A stretch of DNA of 52,815 bases from Chiloscyllium plagiosum (GCF_004010195.1 NC_057718.1:67658408-67711222), one strand, 5' to 3'. Shown: positions 12,471 through 25,700, counted from the first letter of the stretch. Program-made: numbers and translations. Notes: generated by a model not told the origin, from the sequence alone.

Positions 12471-15042
12471 TGTCTCTGTTTTTAAAAAAAAATAGAGGAT
12501 ATAATTGCACTGGAAGCAGTTCAGACAGTGTTCACTTGGGATGAAGGGCTTATTTTAACAAGAAGGCTTTACACAGATTGCAGTTCAGAAGAATGAAAGG
12601 TGATCTTATCAAATTCTGAAAATACTTGACACGGTGATTTGCTGAGAGCATGTTTCCCCGTGTAGGAGAGGTTATGACTAAGATATCCTGTGTCTCAAAA
12701 GCAAGACCTCTTATTTTTAAAGTGAAATGAGGAAATTTTTTTTTTAGTCATTTAGTCTGTGGAATTCTCCCCAGAAGTCAAAGCAGGCTTGATCAATGAA
12801 ATTTTTCAATATTGAGTTAGATGTTTGATGTGCAAGGAAGTAGAGGGTTTTGGGGGAGAAGATAGCAAGGTGGAGTTGAAACTACAACTAGATGAGCCAT
12901 GGTTTTATTAAAGGCAGAGTAGGTACAAAGGGTGAATGACTTGCTGCATCCTAATCATATGTTCAAAAATGCACTGAAGGGAAAAGGGGAACGTTTGCTC
13001 GCTGATTGAAGCATTGCTATGTGTAGATCAGTTGTAGATCAGTTCCTTTTGAATTGTATGCATGTAGAGGATATTGAGGTTTCACCAAGTAAATGTAAAG
13101 TGTTTCTTAATGAAACTGGTGCGGTTGGGTTAAGTTGTGTCTATGTGTTATATTTTACTCTGTAAATACATGCAAGACTGAGTAAGGATTGGCTTTGGCA
13201 CTGTCCTTCTCTGGCTTTTCAGCATTAGAACATTGTAGCAGAGAATGTGTCTAAAGGTAAAGGTTAGAAGCATTAAAAAAAAATTACAGTCCTGGTTGCC
13301 TTTGTGAAAATTGATAGAAAACAAGTATACTTTGTAAGGAAATGGTTATTTCCAATGTTCTCAGTTTGTTTCAAAAGACCAGTGGAAGAATGAAGTGAAC
13401 ATGAGGACAGTGATTACACCCCTATGAAAGAGAAAACAAAATATGCTCTTTGCATTATTGCTTCCTGCTAGAAGTATTTTGAGAGCTGAATGCTTATAGT
13501 TGGATACTAATAAAGGTTTTGGATCTTCTACTGGAGTTTACACAAAAAACTATTGATATGAGTCAGTCTAGTACAAATACCAAATCTTATAAGGTTATAT
13601 TTTGGGACTGTCTCTATTAAGGTGGAGGAATGAGGAATGATCTACTCTGACTTCTAAACTTTGGCTTGCTTGTGAAAGATTAGTATGGCTTGGCTTGTTT
13701 TACTGGGGAGAATGCTTACAGAAATGAATATATTGCGCAATGATGAACAGTCTGTTATTCTCCAAATCTGAGGGAGGTATTATTAATATAAAGTATATAA
13801 TTAGTTGTACTTTAATCTGACTATTCAGTTTAAAATCAGAAATGAGTTGGTGATCTAAATGATAGCTCATTAGCAAGTCGTCCTATCTGTGCAAGGCCTA
13901 TGGGATTCATGTGACATGGAGACCGGCTTTGGGTTGTAGATTTTCGTTTTTAAAAAAAATGCCGAACAACTCAGCCAGGGTCAGTCAGCAAATAATAGAG
14001 AGCAACAGCTTTCCATTGTTCATCATGTAGCTGGGAGCTTGTGCTCGCATTGCTGACCAAGATTATGAAGGCTCAGACAAAGGTGGAAGGTTTGTCTAGA
14101 GCTGAGCGAGAGGAAGGAATCTCCAGGGTAATCCACAGTATGAAATCTATTTTGGGGAACAGAGTAATCCAGCTGGAAATAATAAGAGGAACTATGCATA
14201 ACATTGGTTTCTGAAAAATGAAGTGTCTAATTAAGGAACAAAGTAAACTGTAATCATGGAAGGAAATTTTCTGTTGGTTTAAATGTTAACCTTTAACTGA
14301 GTGTAGGTTGAAAGAGTATTTAGGCAATGTTTTTAGTTTTACATTACAGTGAAAATCTTAAAATATTGTTTCTTCCATCCTTTTGTTCTGGGAGTTAAAA
14401 TATCTTTTAAAAATATATCAGTTTTTATCAGGACCATAGTACTTGGATAGAGTTTGGAAAACAAATGATTATTCAGTGGAAGGATATAATTTTTTTTTAA
14501 AAGATTGTGGGAATATAATTTGAAGATTTCAGTTTGATGATGCCATTCAAATTGGTGAATTGTGCCAATTGTTTTTAACTGATGGTGATTCTCAGAGATG
14601 AACTCTGTTGAATCAAATCTCTGCTACCTTGAAAAATGTCCTGGGAGGAAACAGTTATTTTCAAGAGTGTTAGTGGAACAATTTGGATATTTTTTTCTTG
14701 CCCCAAAGCATAGGGGACTTGATAATTGCTGGACTTCAGTTATGCAAGTCCAGTTATGGAAGCAGGTGACAGTGCCATGGAAGGAGGAAAGCACCTTCAG
14801 CCAATCTGGCGATTATATCTGAAGATAGAATTGGAACATCATTAACAGGTAATTGAATTCCAGTACTACTCAAGAAACTGTTAAAAGGTGTTTGAGTACT
14901 TGAAGTATCTTGCAGGAGGCAGATATGAAGTTAAAATATTGTACTGGCCACAAGAAGTGTAGTCTTGTAATTAATATGTTCATCGTGGACTTAATCAATT
15001 GTGCAGTCTACATTATGGTAGTATGTTAACAGATTGGTTAAA

Positions 15043-15242
15043 ATGTTATCTAGATTCACTAGTAAGGATTGATGCAAGGTTAAGGACTGTGAAAGTACCA
15101 TTTGCTGTAGATAAAAAAAATGCCGAACAACTCAGCCAGGGTCAGTCAGCAAATAATAGAGAGCAACAGCTTATGTTATCTAGATTCACTAGTAAGGATT
15201 GATGCAAGGTTAAGGACTGTGAAAGTACCATTTGCTGTAGAT
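15043..15242 (+). repeat. Perfect 70-bp direct duplication (15043-15112 and 15173-15242) flanking a 60-bp copy of 13952-14011
   Basis: Both identities can be read directly from the sequence. Confidence 0.95.
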
Positions 15243-15621
15243 TTGAGGTCCCTAAGGAGAATTGTAAGTTCATCTAAAATTATTGGAATAAGCCACAGTT
15301 TCCAATATTGATGTAGTTAGTCTCGACTCAACTTTTTCATTAGTGAGATATCTTTGCTGTTATCAGCTGCAATTTGACAGAGCATGATGAGGCAATTATT
15401 TTTGGAAAGTCATTGTATCTACAGTTTAGTGAATCGTTACATTATGTAATTTAAAATCTGTTTTTGGTCAGTACTAGACAAATATTAATGACGTGCTGTT
15501 AAGAATTGGAAACAGAGCAAATTGTTCATTTTAATAAACTCAGTAGTCTTAATGTTAATTAGAGAGATTGTTCACCCTATATGTCAAAGATTTTAAAAAA
15601 TACATTACTAAACGTAGTAGG

Positions 15622-16618
15622 TCATAGAGTCAGAGTTATACATCGTGGAAATAGACCCTCAGTCCAACCTGTCCATGCTGATCAGATATCCTAAACTGAT
15701 CCAGTGTCATTTGCCAGCTTTTAGCCCATATTCCCACTCTCCGAAACCTATGCCCTCTAGTTTTGGGCTCCCCTGGGAAAAAGACCTTGGCTAGTCACCC
15801 TATCCATGCTCGTCGTGATTTTATAAACCCCTATAAGGTCTCCCCTCAGTCTCCAATGTTCCAAAGAAAATAGCCCCAGTCTATTCAGCCTCTCCCTAAA
15901 GCTGAAACTCTTCATTCCTGATAACATTCTTGTAAATCTTTTCTGAACCCTTTCAAGTTTAACAAGCCCTTTCCCATAGCCAGGAAATCAGAATTGAACA
16001 CCGTATTCTAAAAGTGGCCTCACCAATGTTCGGTGCAGCCGCAACATGACATCCCAACCCCTATATTCCGTAGACTGGCCAATAAAGGCAAGTATGCCAA
16101 ATGCCACCTTGACCACCCTGTCTACCTGCAATTCCATTTTCAAGGAATAGTGAACCTGCACGCACAGGTCTCTTTGTTTGGCAGCATTCCCCAGGACTTT
16201 ACCATTAAGTGTATAAGTCCTGCCCTGATTTGCCTTACCAAAATGCAACATTTCGCATTTATCTACGTTAAACTCCATCTGCTACTCCTTGACCCATCTG
16301 GTCAAGATCCTGTTGTGCTTTGAGATAAATCATCTTCACAGTCCACAATGCCACCATGTTGGTGTAATCTGCGAAGGTACTAGCCAAACCTCCTAAAGTC
16401 ACATCTAAATATTTATATCAATGACAAAAATCCATGGACCCAGTACTGATCTTTGTGACACATCACCTCCAGTCTGAAAAATAACCTTGCAGTGCCACTA
16501 CCCTGCCTCCTACCTTCAAGCCAGTTTTATGTCCAATTGGCTAGCTCCTTCTGGATTCCATGAGCTCTAACCTTGCTAACCAGTCTACCATGATGAGCCT
16601 TGTCAAACACCTTGAAGT
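15622..16618 (-). mobile_element. CR1 LINE RT C-terminal fragment with 3' tail
   Basis: ORF 15988-16278: MEFNVDKCEMLHFG...QRDLCVQVH...LVRPLLEYGVQF. Confidence 0.92.
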
Positions 16619-16699
16619 GTTTGAGTATATGAGGCTATTAAAAGACAGAGGTGGAACTTGTAAAATCTATTAAAATGTAGTGGAAAATACCATGAAATT

Positions 16700-17330
16700 C
16701 TATTCCAAGTTTTCCATTGGCATGTGACTTTAATTGGGGTAGTTTTAATTGATCTATATGATGGGACATACAAAAGTTTTATTCTATGACAATACTTAGT
16801 AAGGGCAAAAGAGACAACTGAAAGCAAATTTGTGGAGAAAGAGATAAGGACTGAACTTGAACACCAACAAAATTCTGACTGGCAACTTTCTTGTTTTGCT
16901 AAAGGTAACATCAGAGGCTTGTGTGGTACATAAATATTGTGGTCATGGATACAGCAGAAAGTCATTTCTTTAATGGACTCATGCAGCCATTGAGGAAATA
17001 TTGCATAAAATGTTGCTGATCAATTAGACTGCAAGTTCACATCTGACCTGGCTTGGATGGTTAAACAATCATGCGAAGAATTCACTCCAGATGGTTGGAG
17101 GATATAGTCCATGTAAAATTAGTTGGTAGATGAAATCCCAATTTATTATGAGATTGGTCCCCTTACTCCTGTAAGGAATACAAATTGTTCCTTGTTCTTG
17201 GCATGTCTGAATGCTTCACAGGTGGGAGTCAGCTTTGGTGAAATCCTGAGGTTTAAATAAAACTTGGAGAGCTGTAAACTGTAATGTCTCTTAGAAAAAT
17301 GCATAATGGAATTAGACTATTCAAGATTGC
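16700..17330 (+). mobile_element. Decayed LTR-retrotransposon integrase region (Copia-like, possibly GalEa clade)
   Basis: 17070-17111 reads HAKNSLQMVGGYSP; just upstream acagcagaaagtcatttctttaatggactc resembles the integrase motif TAAESP.SNGL. Confidence 0.5.
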
Positions 17331-18634
17331 AAAAATTCTATTTGATTCCTAACTTATTGCTTGCCTTTAAGTTGTTGGTCTGTGCAAAGGAGTCAAACAT
17401 TGATTGACTCCTAGCATTAACTGAAGTTAGATTTTCCAGAAGAAAGCATTCTTTGAAATGGATGTCAGAAGCCTTAACAGAAATAGTTTTGAGGAATTTA
17501 GTAATTTCTAACGACCTTCCTTGCTTACATGAGCGATTCAGCAATAATATGCAGAAGCAAACATTCACTGATAGTGGTGATTTGAGCCAGATCAGATTTA
17601 GGCCAAATGCATCGATGCAGTAAGAAAATCATAAGAAGTGAGTTCAGAGATATCTGTCAATTAAAACAGATGACATAATTGAGGAATTATAATAGAAGAA
17701 TTAACTTTAGGAAGGCCTGAGGTATGGTCAACAGATGTTTTAGATGCCACTTGAAATACCACTGTGTATTTCAAAACTGTGTATTTCACCATTGTCAAAA
17801 ATAGAATAACAAGGTTTGTAAAATTATGCATGATACAAGTGTTGGAAGGAGAAGATGGTAATGCTGATCAAACAGATAATGTAAATAGTTACAGGAAATT
17901 TCAGCCACGTAGTTGTGGTTAAGGACTCAATTCATTTGTACTGGGATGTATGTCAAGTGTGTGTGTAGTAGATTGGTTAAAATGCTATCTAGATGGTTTC
18001 TTTAAATGGTAAGGGCCAAAGTAAGATTAATGAATTTGAGAGTTCCACCTATGTCAGGCTTGGAGATGACAACATGTAAAAAGAAAGATGATTCCCTGTA
18101 ACATGGCTACAGTAAACCATTTCATGAGCACATGTTGTGTAAAGTGAAACAGATTTGTTGATCAGGTCATCGATGGAAATTGCTTAAATGAAACTGGGCA
18201 TGGAACATGACATGGCAGTTATTCTTGGGACTTCTGTTGATCTACAGTTTACACAAGACGTTGTGTTTCCTTAACACGTTCTAACTTCTGTAATAAAAAA
18301 AATCAAAAGTTCTTGGCATCAGGAATGGAAGTTTTTAAAAGAGAAAAACACTAGTTAATTTAAAACTACAGTTTGCCCATCCATCTTGCAAGTTAAAAAT
18401 CCTACTAAGGATGCAGTAACAAACGATGAGGAGAACACTAAACTTACAGAAAGACCAGTGATAATTGAGATATATATAAAAAAAAACTTGCCATCACAGC
18501 CCATAAAGGGTCTCCTAAGAGAATGAGTTGTAGCAGTTGACTTGAAGGTATATGATAAAGGGAAGAAAAATTATTACTATGTACTTCACAGACTAGATTT
18601 GGTCAGTTTACAATAATATCTAGTTAAGAGAAAT

Positions 18635-20945
18635 ATAGAAGATAGGAGAGGTAGGCCATTCAAACCCTCGAGCCTTCTCTGCCATTCCGTATCATTATGG
18701 TTGATCATTTGAGCTCAGTACCCTAATCGCAGCCTTGCTCCATATTTGTTTAGCCACAAAAGCTACTTATACCAGATCCTTGAAAAGTGTATAGTGAATT
18801 CCACAGGCTGACCACTCTCTGGGTGAAGAATATTCTCCTCATCACAATCCTAAAAGGTTTACCCCTTATCCTTAAACTATTACCACCTGGTTCTGGACTC
18901 CTTTCTGCATCTAACTTGTATAGTCATCGAATTATAGAGATGTACAGCATGGAAAACAGACCCTTTGGTCCAACTCATCCATGTAGACCAGATATCCTAA
19001 ATTAATCTATTCCCATTTGGTAGTCCTGTCAGAATTTTATAGGCCTCTGAGATTCCCCCGTCCCATTCTTCTGAACTCCAGTGAGTAGAATTAGAATTAG
19101 GTTTATTGTCACGTGTATTCAAGTTAGAAAGGAGCAGGCATACAGTGAAAAGTGAATAATTTGGGCAACACATGACACCATCTTAGGTACAAAGTACTGG
19201 GCACAAATCTTAGGTACAAAAAATCAGAAATAAAATAAGTTACACTACATTATGTGTGTAGTATAAATTAGGAAACTAAGAAATAAAGCTAAATAGAAAG
19301 ACATTAGTTTTTCTATAAGGGTTTCCATATGGTCTGACCAGGCTCCACTGTTTGCAACCAGTAGCCATCTTCTTTCTGGGCCTGCTGGCCGACATCTCTG
19401 TTCTGCTGCAGGCCAGTGGCTCTTCCCCACTTTGCTTTGGGCCTGCAAGCCACTAGCTGTCCCCATTTTGCTCTGGCCTTGCTGGCCAGCCTCTCCACTC
19501 TGCTGCAGGCCACTGGCTCTCCCCACTTCACTCTGGGCCTGCTGGCTGCCCCTGCACAGCTCTGTGCCACTGGCAAAAGAGGAAAAGACAAGGAAAAATA
19601 AACATGGAGGGGCGGGGAAGGAATGGATGGAGCGGGCAGGCTCCGGCTGCCATTTTGTTAGTGGGATACAATCTTAACTGACTCAATCTCAATCATGTCT
19701 TCCAAAGAATTAATTTGGTAAACCTTTACTGCACTACTTCTATAGCAAGAACATCCTCCTACAGATAAGACCAAAACTGCATGCATTATTCCAATTGTGC
19801 CCTCACGAATGCCCTGTATAATTGAAGCAAGTTCTCTTTTTTTTCTGTGCTTAAATCTTCTCATTATGAAGGCTAGCATACAGTTTGTCGTCTTTATTGC
19901 CTGCTGTACATGTGCACTTACTTTCAGCAACAGGTGAAAAGGATACCCAGGCCTCATTGAGCATTTACTTTTCTCGATTTGTAGCCATTCAGATCATCAC
20001 CTGCGTTCCTATTTTTGCTAGCACAGTATATAACCTCATATTTATTCACGTTATGCTGCATCTGCCATGCATTTGCTAACTAAATCAGTTTGCTGAAATC
20101 ATACTGCAATGTCTTTTCATTTTATAAGACCATCAAATCTGTTCCACTATTGATCATGGCTGACATGTTCCTCAGCCCCATTCCCCTGCCTTCTCCCAAT
20201 AAGCCTTGATTCTATTATTAATTAAGAACCTATCTACCTCTGTCTTAAAAACACTCGATGACTTGGCCTCCATAGCCTTCTGTGGCATTGAGTTCAGCAG
20301 ATTCACCATCCTCTGGGTGAAGAAATTCTTCCTTGTCTAAAGGAGCGTCCCTTCCCTGTGAGGCTGTTCATTCAGGTCTGTCCCACTAGTGAAAACTTCT
20401 TCTCCACATCCACTCTATCCAGGGGTCTCAGTATTCTATATGCTTCAGTGCAATCTCCCCATATCCTTCTAATCTCCATTGTGTACAGATCCAGAGTCCA
20501 TAACTGCTCCACATATGATCCCTCCTTTCCCGGGATCATTTTTGTGAAAATCCTTCTCACATCTCATTCTGACAGTCACCCAGCTTTATCTCATCTGCAA
20601 ATTTTGAGATTACATTTAGTTTCATCTTCTAAATCATTAATATATATTGTGAATAGTCAGGGTTCTGTTGCCTACCCCTGCAATATGCCATTAGTCGCTA
20701 CCTGCTGTACAGAGAAAAACCCTTTTATTCCACCTCTCTTTGTTGTCTATCTGTTAACCAATTTTCTGCCCATCTCAAAATTTATCAACCATTATCCCAT
20801 GTGCTTTAATTTTACACACTGATCTCTTATGAGAGACTTTGTTGAAAGCTTTCCGAAAGTCCAAATAAACCACATCTACTGGCTCCTCCTGATCAACTCG
20901 ACTAGTTATATTTCCAAATAATTCAGGTAGATTTTTCAAGCATTG
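18635..20945 (-). mobile_element. Nested cluster of minus-strand CR1 fragments
   Basis: Several CR1 3' tails (near 18635, 18925 and 20125) and RT motifs, e.g. ORF 20372-20560 (RRIWGDCTEAYRIL..LDRVDVEK.F). Confidence 0.8.
19088..19660 (-). mobile_element. Probable non-autonomous retroelement with a Rex1/Babar-like tail and an internal degenerate ~36-bp minisatellite
   Basis: The reverse complement of 19088-19155 (tttcactgta...cacgtgacaataaacctaattctaattct) resembles the tail at 31071-31111. Repeat units ctgcaggcca.tggctct.ccccac.. lie at about 19376-19570. Confidence 0.45.
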
Positions 20946-21617
20946 CCAATTATTCCTTTCCTATTGCCTAAAACGCGATCCAAGATGGCTTCAGAGAAAA
21001 GAGTAGTCATGCAGCATCAAGAAGGCCTAGCAAAACTCAAGTCAATTTGTATTGGGGTAAACTGGCTTGCTGGTTGGAATCATGTGTCGAAGAGTGTGGT
21101 GCTGCAACAGCACAGCCGGTCAAGCAGCATTTGAGGAGCAGGAGAATTGATGTTTCAGGCAGTCCTCACTTTCTCCTGGTTGGAGTCTTATGTGGAACAA
21201 ATGAAGATAGTTATGGTTGTTACAAGTCGATCACCTCAGCTCCAGGACATCTTTGCAGTTCATAAAGGTAGTGTCCTTGGCCTAGCAATCTTCAGCTGTT
21301 TCATTAATGACCTTTCCTCCATCATAATGTTAGAAATGGGAATGTTTGCTGATTGTGCAATGTACACCATTCGTGACTCCAGAAATGCATGTATTGGAGT
21401 GTTGCGGGGATTTGATCAAAAAATTATGGAATTTATAAAATTTTGGCTTTTATATCTAGAGATCTGGCATATAAGCATGCAGATGTATTCCATATGAAGA
21501 TTTTAGTTCAGCAAGGTTTATCAGGTTCTTCATGGGAAGAATAATTAATGTTGTCAGTAGGCTTGTGAAGATAAGCAAATAGAGTTGTTGAAAGTACCTT
21601 TGCCATGAAAACACAGG

Positions 21618-22430
21618 CAAAAGTGAGGACTGCAGATGCTGAAAAGCAGAGTTTAGATTAGAGTGGTGCTGGAAAAGCACAGCAGGTCAGGCAGCATCCG
21701 AGGAGCAGGAAAATCGATGTTTCGGGCAAAAGTCCTTCATCAGGAATGGAGGCAGGGGGGAGAGAGGAGAGTGGGGAAGGTAGCAAAGAGGTGAAAAATG
21801 TGTTGCTGGAAAAGTGCAGCAGGTCAGGCAGCATCAAAGGAGCAGGAGAATCGACGTTTCTGAAGAAGGGCTTATGCCCGAAATGTCGATTCTCCTGCTC
21901 CTTTGATGCTGCCTGACCTGCTGCGCTTTTCCAGCAACACATTTTTCAGCTCTGATCTCCAGCATCTGCAGTCCTCACTTTCTCCAAGGTAGCAAAGAGT
22001 ACAATAGATGAATGGGGTGGGGATGGAGGTGATAGGTCAGAGAGGAGGGTGGAGCGGATAGGTGGGAAGGGAGATTGGCAGGTAGGACAGGTCACGAGGA
22101 CAGTGCCAAGCTGGAAGGTTGGAACTGGGGTAAGGTGGCAAGGAGGAGAAATGAGGAAGCTGGTAAAGTCCACGTTGATGCCCTGGGGTTGAGGTGGAAG
22201 ATGAGGCGTTCTTCTTCCAGGCATTAAGTGGTGAGGGAGTGGCAGTGGAGGAGGCCCAGGACCTGCATGTCCTCGGCAGAGTGGGAGGGGGAGTTTAAAT
22301 GTTGGGCCATGGGGTGGTGAGGTTGATTGGTGCAGGTGTCCCGGAGATGTTCCCTAAAGCGCTCTACGAGGAGGCGTCCAGTCTCCCCAACGTAGAGGAG
22401 ACCGCATCAGGAGCAATGGATACAATAGCA
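21618..22430 (-). mobile_element. Penelope-like element 3' part (GIY-YIG and terminus), interrupted by a fold-back insert at 21791-21985
   Basis: Minus strand reads YCIHCS*CGLLYVGETGRLLVERFREHLRDT; terminus contains cctgatgaaggacttttgcccgaaac. Confidence 0.85.
21791..21985 (+). mobile_element. Fold-back (inverted) Penelope-terminus insert with 14-bp TSD
   Basis: aaggtagcaaagag at 21777-21790 and 21986-21999; internal inverted repeat of about 69 bp. Confidence 0.88.
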
Positions 22431-22439
22431 CTGGCACTG

Positions 22440-22740
22440 GTTGAGCCAATAGTTCTTTAATATTCTGAAGGAAATCTTTTGCAGTGGAAAATCACAGAAA
22501 AATATTACCAATAGAATGTTAGATGAATAGGTTTTCCCACAAATTTGACAAGATGTGTCACAGAAAAAGGATTGTGAGTTGACTTTGTTCATGTGAAGTA
22601 TTGGAAAGAAAGTGAAAATTCTAAAATGAAGTGGTTTGATGCGAGTCACCAATTGTTAGACCGTTACACCAAGAGCAATAGCTGCCCTAAGAAGTTATTA
22701 GATATCCTTGAAAGAGAGTTTATTGTGTTATTATTAAAAG
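22440..22740 (+). mobile_element. Decayed Copia-like RNase H C-terminal remnant
   Basis: 22626-22673 reads MKWFDASHQLLDRYTK (compare the Copia motif QLAD.FTK), followed by KKLLDILE. Confidence 0.35.
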
Positions 22741-25700
22741 GAATATTGAGATAACACGAAATGTTGAGTTTTAAGACTATTTAATTTAATTGTTTTATGA
22801 CTTCCTACATATGAAGTTTTTTGTAATGTTGATTGTATCAAAATGTGCAAATAATATAAAAGAATAGAGGGGAATTTTTTACTATCTAATTAATCATATT
22901 GTTAAGTTTGTTCAAGTCTTTATTTAAGGTTAACAAGAAACAGATGGTGGTTGTTAATTACTTGTTTGTTAGGATCACCTGTATTACAGGAGGTGGAAGA
23001 TTGAATAATCAATGAACTTTCCACAAAGGAAAGTGTCTTTGTTTTTTGTCCCACTTACTTGGATCCAGATTGAAGTGTATAAGGTTAAAGCGTGATTGGT
23101 TGCTGGGTGTTCTGAAGAGTGAGTGAGTGGCACAGACATTAGCTGGAACCCTCCCATAACTGAAAATGTAATCTTGTAAATTTTCTTTAAGCTGTTTTAG
23201 TCTTGTGTTCCTGGCCATGTAAATGAAGTGACATAAAATCTGTACTTCTGCAGTGTGCTTCTGACATCACTCGCAGAGACTGCAGACACACAAGGGTAAA
23301 CTAATCACGCTTATGACTTGAGAATGAAGTTTCCAAAAGAGTGGAAAGAAGAAATGCTGGAAATCACAGTGAGTTGGGCATCATTTCATGAAGACAGAGC
23401 AAGCTAACGTTTTGAGTCTTGGTGACTCCTCAATTTGGTTTCAGTACAGATTCTAGCATTTGCAGTAATTTGTTCCTTACAAAGGATTTTTTTTTGGTGA
23501 GATCTATTTGCCACGAGAAGAGGTCTCAGTGTGTGGTTGGGAGTCTTTGTCAAACTTCGCTGAAATATTGGCTCTTGTAGAAGCAATGGATATTATATTC
23601 CATTAGTCAATACCTTGACTGAGATTCTGTTTTGGGGTGCAGTGACTCTCATTTCCTTTTCTGACCTCTGACTCCACACCCCTCCAATTTAATTATTTTG
23701 GCAGCTGTTGACCCATCAAGTCTATACTAGGATTTTTCTCTACGTGCCACCCATTCTAATCCCATTCTTCTGCTTACTCCACAAACTCTTGGGTATTTTT
23801 ATACAAGTAACTGTCTGGTTCCTTTCTAAGTTAACTTGTACACGATGGCCAGAGAATAATACCTTTGTTATCATCGTTAAAAATACAATACTCTAGTTTT
23901 AATGTAAAGCTGTACTTACAATTCTGGTTATGATAGGAATTCAGATTATCTTTTGATTCATTCTTTTAAAATTCTAAGCACATATTACAACAAAGATAAG
24001 TGACTCAATACTTTCAGTAATATGCATTAATATTAAAATTCAGGTAAGCTTCATTTTATTATTTAATCAATTGCAAAGTAAATTCCATCCCACAGGACCT
24101 TTAATCCACGTTGTCTAGAAATAGTCCGATGGTCTTGTCTTGGATATTGACTTTCTCGTACATCAAGGAAGCAAACCTTTTATTTCTTTCCAAGGAGGGT
24201 GTGGGGAGCTTGAGATTTCCTGGCAATGACATGACTCTGCTGGACTTTTGACTGAAGCTCGTAATAAATGGCCGTGATTGAGAGTGCGAGTCAGCAGTGT
24301 AATTATGAAGCCTGGCTTGGAGACAGGATATTGGTTTTCTGTGGTTGGGTATCAGCCACTGTGTCAGTACTGCTCAGAGGATGCTGATTCAGGACTTGAG
24401 CCAGTCTGATTTTTAGTCAATGAAGAGAGAAAATGCTCTCTTATGCTTCTGGAGCAGATCATTGTGCACTAGTTGAGAATTCCAGTATTGAAAATCTGTT
24501 TAATTTTGTTGTGTAATGTACTAACTTGGAATCCTAAATTGACAGCAAATGTAGCATTTTGACTTTCTACAGTCACTACTTATGTTTATTTATGTTTGCA
24601 CTGGCCACATGTTTATCTCTTAATGAGTTGCAAATTGCTGTGAATTTACTGAGAGAATTATGTCACAGTCCTAATTCTGTCATTAATGTCTTTGCAACCA
24701 CAACACAAAATGTACTGGTAGTTGACAATTGTACTAGCAGTAATTGCTGGCATGAGAACAGACATGAAACTAAATGAATTAAGCCATGTTCCAGTCAATA
24801 ATCAACATACATAAATGTGCAATGTTGAATAGCTTTGGAGTGTTTTGAAAACTTCATATGATTTCAGATTTCATACACTTTGTCTTTTCTCTCCCCTTCA
24901 CCCCATTTACTCTATATGTTAAGCTATCCTTTCACAGAAAGGTGCTCCAAAGTTTTAGCTTATTTAGTGGATAGCCCATGGTGATCATGGGTTTTATTTT
25001 TTGTCATTTTTTTTCTCCTGTCCTATTCATCCCACACTCAAATACTGACGATTTGAATGTTGATAGTAGTGTGGTCTTTGAGATCAATAAAGACTAGTTT
25101 ACTTTCAATTTCTCTCTATTGTTCACATACATTTTCTAGCAGCAGTGTTTAGAGTGAGCAGGAACTGGATCAAAATTTGGTCACTAAGATCTCAACTTCA
25201 GTTGTAGCACCTGCAGTCCTGGTTAAGATTTGCTTTATAAAGAACTTATAATGGGACCTGAGACTCTATGTCTGCATGGCTTAATGCTGGCATTCCCTTC
25301 ATGTCCAGATCAGGTAGATGTATTTTGTAGGTCACAGACTTAATTTCAATTTTTTTCTAATGTTAGGTGATGCTTATGTTGTGGGATCTTCTAACTTGTG
25401 TTGGAGATTTGTATATTGCTGTTAATTCTGTGCTCCTCAGAGTTGAGTTCAGTTTGAAGATTAATAACTAGAGAATGTGCCTTTAACCCTAAGATTTTGA
25501 AAATTTAATAATGCTAAGAGCAGTGAAGATGAAAGTCTAAAGTATGCCCCATTGAATTTCCTTGAGCAGCGTGTGCCCAAGAGGTAGAAGGCAGTACTGG
25601 ATATGGTTCTGTGGAATAAAGTGGGGAAAGAAGAGTCAGTTGCAGGTGGTGAGAAGCAGCTTTTGAGAAGCTGTTGCCTGGCTATCAACCCACCTTATTT

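Noticed and set aside
15043..15242. Repeat-spacer-repeat resembling a CRISPR unit with a nearby protospacer
   Set aside because: Only two 70-bp repeats, vertebrate intron context and no cas genes; a templated duplication explains it.
17761..17788. Short tandem duplications (actgtgtatttca twice; also gtagatcagtt twice at 13024-13045)
   Set aside because: Common slippage-scale events with no further structure.
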